Of a stretch of 64,000 bases of DNA, positions 17,671 to 26,809 are shown piece by piece. A model generated the notes under the pieces. It was given only the letters and a program-made list of their open reading frames with translations. It was not told the DNA's origin and made no database searches. Both the position numbers and the translations under genes were made by a program. Within the stretch, counting starts at the first letter, position 1, and each line of letters starts with the position of its first letter. Origin of the DNA: Bryobacteraceae bacterium. GTDB taxonomy: Bacteria > Acidobacteriota > Terriglobia > Bryobacterales > Bryobacteraceae. The DNA lies in NCBI GenBank assembly GCA_041486445.1, contig JBGPLI010000002.1, positions 9,066 through 73,065 of the forward strand. The letters run 5' to 3'.

Positions 17671-19014
17671 GTGAAACTCGGTGCTAGTGACGTTCTGGCA
17701 CATAATGAACGGAGGCGACATCTGCAGCTGTATGCCCGAACCGCTGCGAGGCGAGGCGGGGTTAGGAAGGTTTCGACGTCACACCTGTTTCGGTATAGTG
17801 ATAGACCCAGGAGGTCCGTGGGGGAGCGTGTTTCGTTAGCTGCATTCAATCACGTTATCGGTGTAGATTCGGCTGAGCACACTCTCGATGTTGAAGGGTC
17901 AACGACGTACGATGCAATAGTGCGACACACGCTGCCGTACGGATTACTTCCGACGGTGACTCCAGAATTGAAAGGAATCACTGTTGGCGGGGCCATCGCT
18001 GGAATCGGCATTGAGTCTTCGTGTTTCAGATATGGATTTGTTCACGACGGGGTGATTGAGGCTGATGTGTTGCTGCCGGATGGTGATATAGTAACCTCGT
18101 CCGCAGACGGTGTCCATCAGGATCTGTTCGCAGCGCTTCCTAATTCGTACGGCACGTTAGGCTACGTCTTGCGAGCCAAAATCGAGTTAATCGATGCGGA
18201 GCCATTCGTCCGGGTTACGAGTGCGCGTTGTGATTCCGTTACTGAATTTCTCGATGTCATGCTGGCGTCGACACGCGATGAAGCCGTCGACTTTGTGGAC
18301 GGGTTAATCCATTCAGATCGAGAGATGTATGTGATTTGTGGCCATTTCGCGCCATATGCCACAGACACCGTTGATATTTATCATCGGGAACCCTACTACA
18401 AGCAGGCGTGTTCGCTTCGCGAGTGTTTTCTAAGGACGGAAGATTACATTTTCCGGTATGAGCCGGATTGGTTTTGGAACATTCCGGAAGGAGGGATGTA
18501 CTCAGTGTTTCGGAAAGTAGCGCCGCGGTGGTTAAGGCGTTCTGAGGTTTATCGACGGTTCAGTGAGTACAAGGCGGCGTTGGTGAAAGCCGAGAACTGT
18601 GACGAGGAACAGCTGATTCAAGATTGGGAGGTCCCGTGGAGTGCGGCTCGCGAACTTATTCAGTGTGCGCTAGAGAACGTGGATCTTGGCGGTAAGCCTT
18701 GGGCTGCTGTGCCAGTATGTAGCAGACGGCGTGCAACTCTATATCCGATTGAACCAAAATGTCTGTACTACAACCTTGGTTGCTATTGCTGGACTAGGAA
18801 ACCCGTGGGCAAGGAGCGATTCTATTACACGAAGCTTTTGGATAGGCGATGTTTTGAACTCGGTGGAATCAAAATGCTGTATTCGTCGACGTTCTTGAAC
18901 GAAGAGGAGTTCGACAGGATTTACAATGGCGCCACCTATCAAGGTCTCAAAGCAGTGTACGATCCTCACGGGCGGGCACCGACGCTTTATGAAAAAGTAA
19001 GCAGCCGCGCATGA
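17671..19014 (+). CDS. FAD-binding (PCMH-type) oxidoreductase of the DHCR24/DIMINUTO/BfaA-like family
   Basis: LKGITVGGAIAGIGIESSCFRYGFVHDGVIEADVLLPDGDIVTSS...DLFAALPNSYGTLGYVLRAKIELI closely follows the conserved core of delta24-sterol-reductase-like and mycobacterial BfaA-like proteins. Lower G+C than the host. Confidence 0.7.
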   Translation: MKLGASDVLAHNERRRHLQLYARTAARRGGVRKVSTSHLFRYSDRPRRSVGERVSLAAFNHVIGVDSAEHTLDVEGSTTYDAIVRHTLPYGLLPTVTPELKGITVGGAIAGIGIESSCFRYGFVHDGVIEADVLLPDGDIVTSSADGVHQDLFAALPNSYGTLGYVLRAKIELIDAEPFVRVTSARCDSVTEFLDVMLASTRDEAVDFVDGLIHSDREMYVICGHFAPYATDTVDIYHREPYYKQACSLRECFLRTEDYIFRYEPDWFWNIPEGGMYSVFRKVAPRWLRRSEVYRRFSEYKAALVKAENCDEEQLIQDWEVPWSAARELIQCALENVDLGGKPWAAVPVCSRRRATLYPIEPKCLYYNLGCYCWTRKPVGKERFYYTKLLDRRCFELGGIKMLYSSTFLNEEEFDRIYNGATYQGLKAVYDPHGRAPTLYEKVSSRA

Positions 19015-19162
19015 CCCTGTGTATTGTTTCGATTGAGGTACTTGCTGCTTTAGGCGGTACAGAAGTGCTCTCCATTCATGCGGCGGTAGGTTGAATTATC
19101 CAATGTTGATCGGCTGGATCACCCAGGCGGAGGAAGAGCCCCCGCCGGTCCTCTTCCGACGA

Positions 19163-20443
19163 TCAGGACATCGCATGCGTCCATTGCGGCTTCCGTTCCG
19201 CGGCGGCTTCGGCGCCGGGCGCGCCCGCGTAGAGCGGAGCGCGGGTCCACAGCATGGGCCGGCAATCGGGTCCGGCGAAGACCATCTGGAACAGCTGCAT
19301 GGTGCCGGTCTCAAACCCGGCCACCGATCCCGCCAGGTACAGCCGCCAGGCGCGCACGAAGTCCGCGCCGTACATCGTGGTAACCTGCCGATTCGCTTTT
19401 TCGAACCGGTCCAGCCAGTGTTCCAGCGTCTTGGCGTAGTGCAGGCGCAGGTTCTCCACGTCCAACACGGAGTAATTCCAGCGCTCGAGGATCTGGATGG
19501 CCTCGCCGAGCGAAGGCGGATATCCTCCCGGGAAGATTCGCTTCCTGATCCAGCGGCTCAGCAGCGTCGGGCGATTGCGCCCGATGAAGTGGAAAAACCC
19601 ACGGCCGGAATCGCCCAGCACGCGATGGATCAGATCGCCCAGCTCGGCGAAGTGTCTTTTTCCGACGTGCTCGAGCATGCCCACGGAAACGAAGACATCG
19701 AATTTGCCCGAGATGTTGCGATAGTCGTCTTCGATGAACTCCACCCGGCCGGCCAGACCTTCCTGCGCCGCGCGTTCGCGGGCAAAGCGGATCTGCTCGT
19801 GGGAGATGTTGAATGCCTTCACGGAAACGCCGTAGTGGCGCGCCATGTGGAGCGCCAGCGCGCCCCAGCCGCAGCCGGCCTCCACGACGGTCTCGCCGGG
19901 CTGGAGCTGGAGCTTGCGGCAGACGTGGTCCATTTTGGCGATCTGCGCCTCTTCGAGCGTGGCCCAGGGCGTGGGAAAATACGCGCACGTATACAGCAGT
20001 TGCGAGTCCAGCCAGAGCTTGTAGAAATCGTTGCCCAAGTCGTAATGGCGGTGAACGTTGTGGCGGGAGCCGCGCAGAGAATTGGTCTGCCACCACCCCA
20101 GCCAGCGCGACACCAGGCGGCCGTACCTGCTGTCCGGCACTTTCGCCATCGAACGGTAGACGGCTTCGAGCATCCGGAGAAGGTCGCCCTCCACGGCGAT
20201 GCGTCCTTCCGTGTAGCCCTCGCCGAAGCCGATCTCGGGATCGAGCAGCACGGCGGCCAGCGTTCTGCGATCGCGGAAGCGCAAGGCGCCGATGGGAGAA
20301 TGACCCGGCGGAGTAACTTCCACGCCGCCAAGAATCAGACTAAGAGGCGCTCCGCCGATGCCCTCCGAAATCTGCCGGAGCATCCATCTGTCAGCAAAGG
20401 AAAACTCAGGAAGGAATGACATCTTTCCCATGGTTTTCTCCAA
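19163..20443 (-). CDS. cfa: Cyclopropane-fatty-acyl-phospholipid synthase family SAM methyltransferase
   Basis: NVHRHYDLGNDFYKLWLDSQLLYTCAYF and motif I VVEAGCGWGALALHMA. Length 426 aa. Confidence 0.85.
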   Translation of the reverse strand: MEKTMGKMSFLPEFSFADRWMLRQISEGIGGAPLSLILGGVEVTPPGHSPIGALRFRDRRTLAAVLLDPEIGFGEGYTEGRIAVEGDLLRMLEAVYRSMAKVPDSRYGRLVSRWLGWWQTNSLRGSRHNVHRHYDLGNDFYKLWLDSQLLYTCAYFPTPWATLEEAQIAKMDHVCRKLQLQPGETVVEAGCGWGALALHMARHYGVSVKAFNISHEQIRFARERAAQEGLAGRVEFIEDDYRNISGKFDVFVSVGMLEHVGKRHFAELGDLIHRVLGDSGRGFFHFIGRNRPTLLSRWIRKRIFPGGYPPSLGEAIQILERWNYSVLDVENLRLHYAKTLEHWLDRFEKANRQVTTMYGADFVRAWRLYLAGSVAGFETGTMQLFQMVFAGPDCRPMLWTRAPLYAGAPGAEAAAERKPQWTHAMS

Positions 20444-20543
20444 ATGTCGGGTATGACTACTCTATCAAGAGAGAGTAGCACGTCAAAGGCCAATGGGCCG
20501 CCAAGCCCCTGTCATGCCGAGCGGAGCGAGGAATCTGCTGTGG

Positions 20544-22028
20544 CTACGGTGCGGGCTTCGTGTCGGTTTCCGCCGCACCCAGCTTCAGCAGCAGATCCGC
20601 CGTGCGCTTGAGTCCGGGCGGCGGCTCGCCGTCGCCGTCGCCGTATCGGGAGCGAACGCGCGTCATCGCCAAAGGCGTCTGCCCGCGCTTGTTCTTCACG
20701 TCCAGCTTGGCGCCCTTTTCCGCGAGCAACTGAACCAGCGGGGCATTGCCTCGGGCCGCCGCGGTGTGCAGCGCGGTGTCGCCGGCCTGGTTGACCGCGT
20801 TGACATCGGCGCCTCCCTCGAGTGCTGCTTTGGCGGCTTCGACTACCAGTTTCTCCGGCGCGCGTGGCACGCCATTGACGGTGCCCTGGCGCTGGTCGGC
20901 GGATGCAGCCGCCATCAGCGCCGTGGTGCCATCCTTGGCGGTCAGCTTCGGATTGGCGCCGCCGGCTGCCAGCACCGCCATCATATCGGCCGAAGCGTAT
21001 TTCGCGGCCAGCCAATAGGGCGTCGCGCCGATCATGGCTTGGGTAAGGATGTAGTCCGCGCTCTGGCGCCGCACCGGGGTTCCGTTCTGGACTTCCGCGT
21101 TCGGATTGGCTCCGTGCGCCAGCAGCGCCTTCACCAGGTCCGGCTCGCCCCGCAGCACGGCGGCATGCAGAGCCGTGTATCCGGCTCCGGCGGCGTTCGG
21201 ATTCGCGCCCTTGTCGAGCAAAAACGCCGCGAACCCCGCATGGCCGCTGTGGGCCGCCACCACCAGCGCGCTGTTGCCGCTGGCGTCGGTGTCATTGACG
21301 TTCGCTCCGCCCTCCACCAAGGCCCGTGCGCACTCGACATCGCCCTGGCGGGCCGCAAACAGGAGCGCGGGGCTGCCTCCGGTTTCGATGTTCTTCGCAA
21401 CGCCCCGCTTGTCGTTGGAGGTGGTGCCATTTCCGGCGATGAACAGGTACGCACTCTCCGAGCGGGACCGCGCATTCACATCCGCGCCATGCTGGAGCAG
21501 CGCTCGTGCAACATCCGCGTGCCCTTGCGCCCCCGCCCACATCAGAGCCGTCTGACCGCGCGAGTTCTCCCGCACATTCACATTGGCTCCGTGAGCCAGC
21601 AGCGCTTTCACGGCATCCGCGCTGCCGGAGCGCGCGGCCGTCATCAGTGGCGACACTCCGGTCGCCGCGACGATGTTCGGATTAGCCCCCGCCGCGATCA
21701 GCTTCTCGACCATGGCCGCGTTGCCGTTCTCGCCGGCGAGGTAGAGCGGCGTCACGCCCAGCTCATTCGCCGCGTTCACGTTCGCCCCGGCGCGAAGGAG
21801 CAGATCGGCGGTCGCCAGATCGTTCCAGTGGGCCGCCCAGTGCAGCGCTGTGGCGCCGTCCGCCTGGGACACGTTGACATCGGCGTGCTGGCCGACCAGC
21901 GCTGTTGCGGCGGCCTTGTCCTGGTTCTTCACCGCATCCACCAGCCGAAGATCGCCGCTCGATGCGGCCAGGCCGGCGATCGACAGCAGAGGGATCATCC
22001 ACCACTTGACGGGGCACTTGTTGAGCAT
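20544..22028 (-). CDS. Exported ankyrin-repeat protein (more than 10 repeats)
   Basis: Signal peptide, then repeated G-x-TALH-x-AA-x-x-G-x-x-x-x-V-x-x-LL-x-x-GA-x-x-N units throughout. Confidence 0.85.
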   Translation of the reverse strand: MLNKCPVKWWMIPLLSIAGLAASSGDLRLVDAVKNQDKAAATALVGQHADVNVSQADGATALHWAAHWNDLATADLLLRAGANVNAANELGVTPLYLAGENGNAAMVEKLIAAGANPNIVAATGVSPLMTAARSGSADAVKALLAHGANVNVRENSRGQTALMWAGAQGHADVARALLQHGADVNARSRSESAYLFIAGNGTTSNDKRGVAKNIETGGSPALLFAARQGDVECARALVEGGANVNDTDASGNSALVVAAHSGHAGFAAFLLDKGANPNAAGAGYTALHAAVLRGEPDLVKALLAHGANPNAEVQNGTPVRRQSADYILTQAMIGATPYWLAAKYASADMMAVLAAGGANPKLTAKDGTTALMAAASADQRQGTVNGVPRAPEKLVVEAAKAALEGGADVNAVNQAGDTALHTAAARGNAPLVQLLAEKGAKLDVKNKRGQTPLAMTRVRSRYGDGDGEPPPGLKRTADLLLKLGAAETDTKPAP

Positions 22029-22046
22029 CGCGCGTTCCTCCCAGGG

Positions 22047-23399
22047 TTAAACGGAGAGCTCTGCGAACTTGCCGGTGCTGTCGCCCATGTGATCCACGCC
22101 GTGCACATCCAGCTTGTCGAGCAGCGTCACATGGAGATTCGCCAGCGGCGTGTTCTTTGCAAACCGGACATGCCGTCCGGTCTTGAGCGTGCCGCACCCG
22201 CCGCCGGCCACCAGAACCGGCAGGTTCAACGGATCATGAATGTTGCTGTTGCTCAGGCCCGCCCCGTAGACGATCATGACGTGGTCGAGCAGGGACCCGT
22301 CGCCGTCCGGCGTCGCCTTCAGCTTCTCGAGGAACTTCGCGAACAGGCTGATGTGATAGTTGTTGATCGCGGCCAGCTTCCCGAGCCTCACCGGATCGTT
22401 CTGGTGGTGCGAGATGGCGTGGTGCGCATCCGCAATGCCCAGGTTGGGGAAGGTACGGCCGCTCTGCTCGCGGCCGATCATGAACGTGACCACGCGGGTC
22501 ATGTCGGACTGGAAGGCCAGCGCGTACAGGTCGTACATCAACTTCGCGTACGCCTCGAATTCGGAGGGCGCGCCCGGCGGGCGTTCGGTCACCGGCACTT
22601 CCCGCGAGCTCTGCTCTTCGGCGTTCTGGATGCGCCGCTCCACGTCGCGAATCGAATCGAAATACTCCGCCAGCTTGGCCCGGTCGCCTTGGCCGAGATC
22701 GCGCTCCAGGCGTCCGATCTTCTGCTTCACCGAGTCGAGCACGCTGCCGTCCTGCCGCATGCGTGCGCGCCGCGCGGCCGGGTCCGTGCTGCCGCTGTCG
22801 CCGAACATCCGTTCGAACACCACGCGAGGATCGTGCTCCATCGGCAGAGGCGACGTCGCCGTGCGCCAGGAGATGGTGCTCGTGTAGGCGCAACTGAAGC
22901 CCGCCGAACAGGAACCGGCGGACTCGCTCGATTCGAGGCCCAGCTCCAGCGAACCCAACTGCGTGTGTTGACCCAGTTCCTTGGCCGCGATCTGATCCAT
23001 CGAGATTCCGGCGTGCAGGTCGGCAGTGCCGCGCGTGGGCTTCGGGGCGATGTCGGTCAGGAATCGCGTGCTGGCCTTGGCGTGCGTGTCGGTCGGATCC
23101 GCGCCGGGAGGCGGGACGGCGCTCATGCCGCTCAGCACCAGCAGGCGATCCTTCACCGGCTCGAGAGGCTTCAGAATCGGCGATAAATCGTAGCTGACCC
23201 CGTCCGCCTTCGGCGTCCAGTCGGCCATCATCATCCCGTTCGGCACATACACGCAGCCGAACCGGTTCACCGGCTTGGCCGGCGTCTTGTCGAAAGCCGT
23301 GAGAGCCGGCGCCATCGAATCGAGCAGCGGCAACGCCATCGCCGTGCCCATGCCGCGCAGCACCGTGCGGCGATTTATCGATTTCTTGGTGATGATCAT
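22047..23399 (-). CDS. DUF1552-family protein with twin-arginine-like signal
   Basis: N-terminus MIITKKSINRRTVLRGMGTAMALPLLDSM and overall similarity to the DUF1552 partner of DUF1592 proteins, recognised from memory. The upstream gene's stop overlaps this gene's start by 4 nt. Confidence 0.8.
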   Translation of the reverse strand: MIITKKSINRRTVLRGMGTAMALPLLDSMAPALTAFDKTPAKPVNRFGCVYVPNGMMMADWTPKADGVSYDLSPILKPLEPVKDRLLVLSGMSAVPPPGADPTDTHAKASTRFLTDIAPKPTRGTADLHAGISMDQIAAKELGQHTQLGSLELGLESSESAGSCSAGFSCAYTSTISWRTATSPLPMEHDPRVVFERMFGDSGSTDPAARRARMRQDGSVLDSVKQKIGRLERDLGQGDRAKLAEYFDSIRDVERRIQNAEEQSSREVPVTERPPGAPSEFEAYAKLMYDLYALAFQSDMTRVVTFMIGREQSGRTFPNLGIADAHHAISHHQNDPVRLGKLAAINNYHISLFAKFLEKLKATPDGDGSLLDHVMIVYGAGLSNSNIHDPLNLPVLVAGGGCGTLKTGRHVRFAKNTPLANLHVTLLDKLDVHGVDHMGDSTGKFAELSV

Positions 23400-25855
23400 C
23401 GGTCCGATCTCCTTGTCCCGGTCTGGGTATTGCTCGCGACGCTCTTTTGAGCCGGCGCGTTCCGGACACTGCTCATCTGGAACGGCGTGCTCATAACGAT
23501 TCCTTCAATGAGGGAACTCCAGCGGTAGTCGCCCGCAGCGGCCTCCCGCGTGATCTTCCGGATCGCCGGATTATCGTAATACTCGACGCTGCGGCCGAGC
23601 GCCCATGCCATCAGCTTCTCGGTCAGCGCTCCGGCAAACTGCTCCCGGCGGCCAAGCAGCAGATCGCGCAGGCCCCCCACGCTTTGAAATTTCGTGCCTT
23701 CCGGCAGCGAGCCCAACGAGTCGATGGGAGCGCCGTCCCGCATGGTCTGCCACCGCCCGATCGCATCGAAATTTTCGAGCGCGAACCCCAGCGGATCCAT
23801 CCGCACGTGGCACACCGCGCAGGCGGCGTTGGCGCGATGCTGCTCCATCCGCTCGCGCACGGTGAGAACCTTTGCACCCGCCTTGTTCTCCTGGAGAGCC
23901 GGCACGTTGGGCGGTGGTGGCGGCGGCGGCGAAGCGAGAATGTTATCGAGCACCCACTTGCCGCGCAGCACCGGAGAGGTGCGGTCGGCGTAGGAGGTCA
24001 CCAGCAGGATGGCGCCCTTGCCGAGCAGTCCCTTCCGGTTCTCATCGGTCAGCGTCACGCGCCGGAAATGGCTTCCGTAAACGTTGGGGATTCCGTAGTG
24101 CCGCGCGAGCCGTTCGTTGACGAACGTATAGTCGGCGCGCAGCAGGTCCACCACGCTGCGATTTTCGCGCACCTGGCTTTCGAGGAACATCGCCGCTTCC
24201 TGCTCGAAGGCCCGGCGCAGGTTCTCGTCGAACTCGGGAAACGCGTCCGGATCGGGCGCCGCGCCGTGCAGCTTGGGCAGCTCCAGCCATTGCATGGCGA
24301 AATCGTCGGCCAAAGCCTTCGAGCGCGGATCGGCGAGCATTCGCTGAACCTGCTGCTTCAGGACTCCCGCGTCCTTGAGCTTGCCTTGCGCGGCGAGGTC
24401 GAGCAGTTGATCGTCGGGGACGCTGTTCCACAGAAAGAACGACAGCCGCGAGGCCAGCTCGACACCCGTTAGCGGGTAAATCGAGCCCGGCGCGGCATTC
24501 GGCGGATCGCGCTCGATGCGGAACAGGAACTCCGGATCGGCGAGGACCCTTTGCAGAGCGGACTGGATGCCGGCGTCGAAGCTCCCCTGCTTTCGCCCAG
24601 TCTCGTAGAAGCCGAGCAACGGCTGGAGGTCGTCATCGGCGACGGGACGCCGGTAGGCTTTGCGCGCGAGAGTCGAGAGAATCTTTCGGGCGCAGGGCTG
24701 CTCCTCGGCGGTGGTCTTGGGGCGGCAGATGAAGATGGCGTTGCGGCTGGGTGTGTCGCCCGGTCCGGTTGCCTTGTACGGGCCGCCCACCGAAACCGTC
24801 TCGACCGCCGGATAACCTTCATATAGGTGGTTGTACGCGGAACCGGAGCCGCCCGACTGCATCGGCTGGAGCACTCCTTCCTCTTCCGGCACATCCTCGG
24901 GGAAGGAGACGGCCACCACGCGCGTGCCCGCCTGCGCCGGGAACCGCCATTCGAGAGCCGCGTCGGCGGAGTGCATGTACTGCTCCCATTCCGCGCTTCC
25001 GGGGACGTTCCCCGCGAAACTCGATGGCGCGGGCTTGCCCGGCGCGTCGCCGCCGATCGAGAGCGTCTTCACCCGCTTGCCGTCCACGCGCACTTCGATC
25101 GGGTGGGCACGGCCGAGGCCCATGATGTATTCGTACGCCTGGCCGCGCAACTTGATCTTGACGACGTATTCGCCGTCCACCGGGAAGCGATGGTGAATCG
25201 CGACGCCGCCGCGAGAGCCGAACGGCAGATCTTCGCCCATGCGTTCTTCCTGCACGAGCATCTTGGGAACGCTGTACGTCTCAAACACCGGATCGAGCGT
25301 CACGGCGCCCACGGCCACGCCGCTGATCTTGCGGGCGGCGGCGACGTATCGCTCGACCAGCGAGGGCGACACCGAGAGGGCCGCGGCCATGTTGTCGAAG
25401 CCGCCGTCCTCGCCGGCCTCGTCGATTCCCAGCATCGCGCGGCCGTCGATTTCGAGCGCCAGCAGGTCGCGGATGGCGTGCGTGTATTCGGCCTGGTTCA
25501 GCCGGTGGACGGCGACTCGACCCGGATTGGGTTTAGCCGCCGCCGCGCGGTCGAGCGACGTTTCGAGCCACGACGAGAAACCGTCGAAGCTGGACTGATC
25601 GGGCCGCGGCATGCCTGCCGGGGGCATCGCGCCGGTCCGTACCTTGCGCAGCACCTTTTCCCACGTTTCCGCGCCGCCGGCGACATCCTCGACGTCCATT
25701 TTCTCGAGCGAGAGTCCAGCCGTGTGGAGCCGCTCGCTGTGGCATGTGACGCAGTATTTGTTGAGCAGCGCTCGCTGAGGCGCCGATTGCGCGCTCGCGA
25801 TCTGGACGAAGAGCGAGCAGGCGAGCGCGATGCCTGCTCGTGAGGTAACCAGCAT
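23396..25855 (-). CDS. DUF1592/DUF1588/DUF1585/DUF1587/DUF1595 multidomain protein with an N-terminal cytochrome-c-like CxxCH
   Basis: Signal peptide; CVTCHS heme-binding-type motif; a second CAVCHVRMDPLGFALENFDAIGRW motif typical of the DUF1588/1585 end of this family. Confidence 0.8.
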   Translation of the reverse strand: MLVTSRAGIALACSLFVQIASAQSAPQRALLNKYCVTCHSERLHTAGLSLEKMDVEDVAGGAETWEKVLRKVRTGAMPPAGMPRPDQSSFDGFSSWLETSLDRAAAAKPNPGRVAVHRLNQAEYTHAIRDLLALEIDGRAMLGIDEAGEDGGFDNMAAALSVSPSLVERYVAAARKISGVAVGAVTLDPVFETYSVPKMLVQEERMGEDLPFGSRGGVAIHHRFPVDGEYVVKIKLRGQAYEYIMGLGRAHPIEVRVDGKRVKTLSIGGDAPGKPAPSSFAGNVPGSAEWEQYMHSADAALEWRFPAQAGTRVVAVSFPEDVPEEEGVLQPMQSGGSGSAYNHLYEGYPAVETVSVGGPYKATGPGDTPSRNAIFICRPKTTAEEQPCARKILSTLARKAYRRPVADDDLQPLLGFYETGRKQGSFDAGIQSALQRVLADPEFLFRIERDPPNAAPGSIYPLTGVELASRLSFFLWNSVPDDQLLDLAAQGKLKDAGVLKQQVQRMLADPRSKALADDFAMQWLELPKLHGAAPDPDAFPEFDENLRRAFEQEAAMFLESQVRENRSVVDLLRADYTFVNERLARHYGIPNVYGSHFRRVTLTDENRKGLLGKGAILLVTSYADRTSPVLRGKWVLDNILASPPPPPPPNVPALQENKAGAKVLTVRERMEQHRANAACAVCHVRMDPLGFALENFDAIGRWQTMRDGAPIDSLGSLPEGTKFQSVGGLRDLLLGRREQFAGALTEKLMAWALGRSVEYYDNPAIRKITREAAAGDYRWSSLIEGIVMSTPFQMSSVRNAPAQKSVASNTQTGTRRSDR

Positions 25856-25990
25856 GCGACATCAGGATACCACAGAGGATATCCGCGCTATAATCGTTTT
25901 GCGCTGACTTGATTGCAGCGACAACCGACCCTGCGGCCCTTCCGAGGGCAGCATGTAAGTCCGGGACTTGATCAGGAGCTGACAGGTACC

Positions 25991-26809
25991 ATGGCGATGC
26001 CGAACGTTTCCTCTCTTCACATTCAAAGTGCTTCCGCGTTTCTCCAGGCCAAACGCGAGGGCCTGAAGCTCTCGATGGTGACCTGCTACGACTACACCTT
26101 CGCCCGCCTGCTCGCGGCCAGCGCGGTGGACGCGATTCTGGTGGGCGACAGCGTGGCGATGGTCGTGCATGGCCATCCCTCCACCGTGACCGCGACTCTC
26201 GACATGATGCGCATCCACACCGAGGCGGTGGTGCGCGGCGCCGCCGGCAAATTCGTCGTCTCCGACATGCCGTTCCTTTCCTTTCGCAAAGGCGTGACCG
26301 CCGCCCTTGACGCGGCTCAGGCGCTGATGAGCGCCGGGGCGAACGCCGTGAAGCTGGAGGGCGTGGACGGGCATGAGGACGTTGTCGAGAGGCTGGTGCA
26401 GAGCGGAATCCCGGTGATGGGGCACCTCGGTCTCCAGCCTCAATCGGTCCGGGCGTACGGAGGTTTCCGCGTTCAAGGACGCAGCGACGAAGCCGCCCGC
26501 GAAATCGCGCGCCAGGCCCGCGCGCTCGAACAGTTGGGCGCATTCGCGATCGTGCTCGAGTGCATCCCCGCCAGGCTGGCCGGCGAGATCACCGCCGCGA
26601 TTCGCACTCCGACGATCGGGATCGGCGCAGGTCCCTGTTGCGACGGCCAGATCCTGGTGCTCCAGGATCTGCTCGGCATGAACACCGATTTTCATCCCAA
26701 GTTCGCACGCCCTTTTTCCGAGGGCGCCGGCATCGTGCGGAACGCTATTGCGGAGTTCGATGAAGCCGTGAAGACCGGAGGCTTCCCGGCGGCGCGGGAG
26801 AGCTACTGA
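25991..26809 (+). CDS. panB: 3-methyl-2-oxobutanoate hydroxymethyltransferase
   Basis: LSMVTCYDY, ILVGDSVAMVVHG and AVKLEGV motifs. ATG at 25991 chosen over the longer track ORF. Confidence 0.9.
   Translation: MAMPNVSSLHIQSASAFLQAKREGLKLSMVTCYDYTFARLLAASAVDAILVGDSVAMVVHGHPSTVTATLDMMRIHTEAVVRGAAGKFVVSDMPFLSFRKGVTAALDAAQALMSAGANAVKLEGVDGHEDVVERLVQSGIPVMGHLGLQPQSVRAYGGFRVQGRSDEAAREIARQARALEQLGAFAIVLECIPARLAGEITAAIRTPTIGIGAGPCCDGQILVLQDLLGMNTDFHPKFARPFSEGAGIVRNAIAEFDEAVKTGGFPAARESY

Noticed and set aside
20509-20544. Motif ctgtcatgccgagcggagcgaggaatctgctgtggc just 3' of the ankyrin gene. It resembles a dispersed intergenic element that translates as ..SEARNLL.. in some soil bacteria.
   Set aside because: Only one copy is in this window, so a repeat family cannot be demonstrated here. 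My recollection of the family is not verifiable without a genome-wide search.
20493-23186. 897-aa plus-strand ORF spanning the ankyrin and DUF1552 genes
   Set aside because: It is an antisense artefact. The minus-strand frames give textbook ankyrin repeats and a DUF1552 protein, and the plus frame is low-complexity R/G/A-rich.
25889-25894. Perfect tataat hexamer about 100 nt upstream of panB, as a possible -10 box
   Set aside because: No convincing -35 element lies at the proper spacing, and promoter consensus in this phylum is uncertain. The evidence is too weak to list as a feature.
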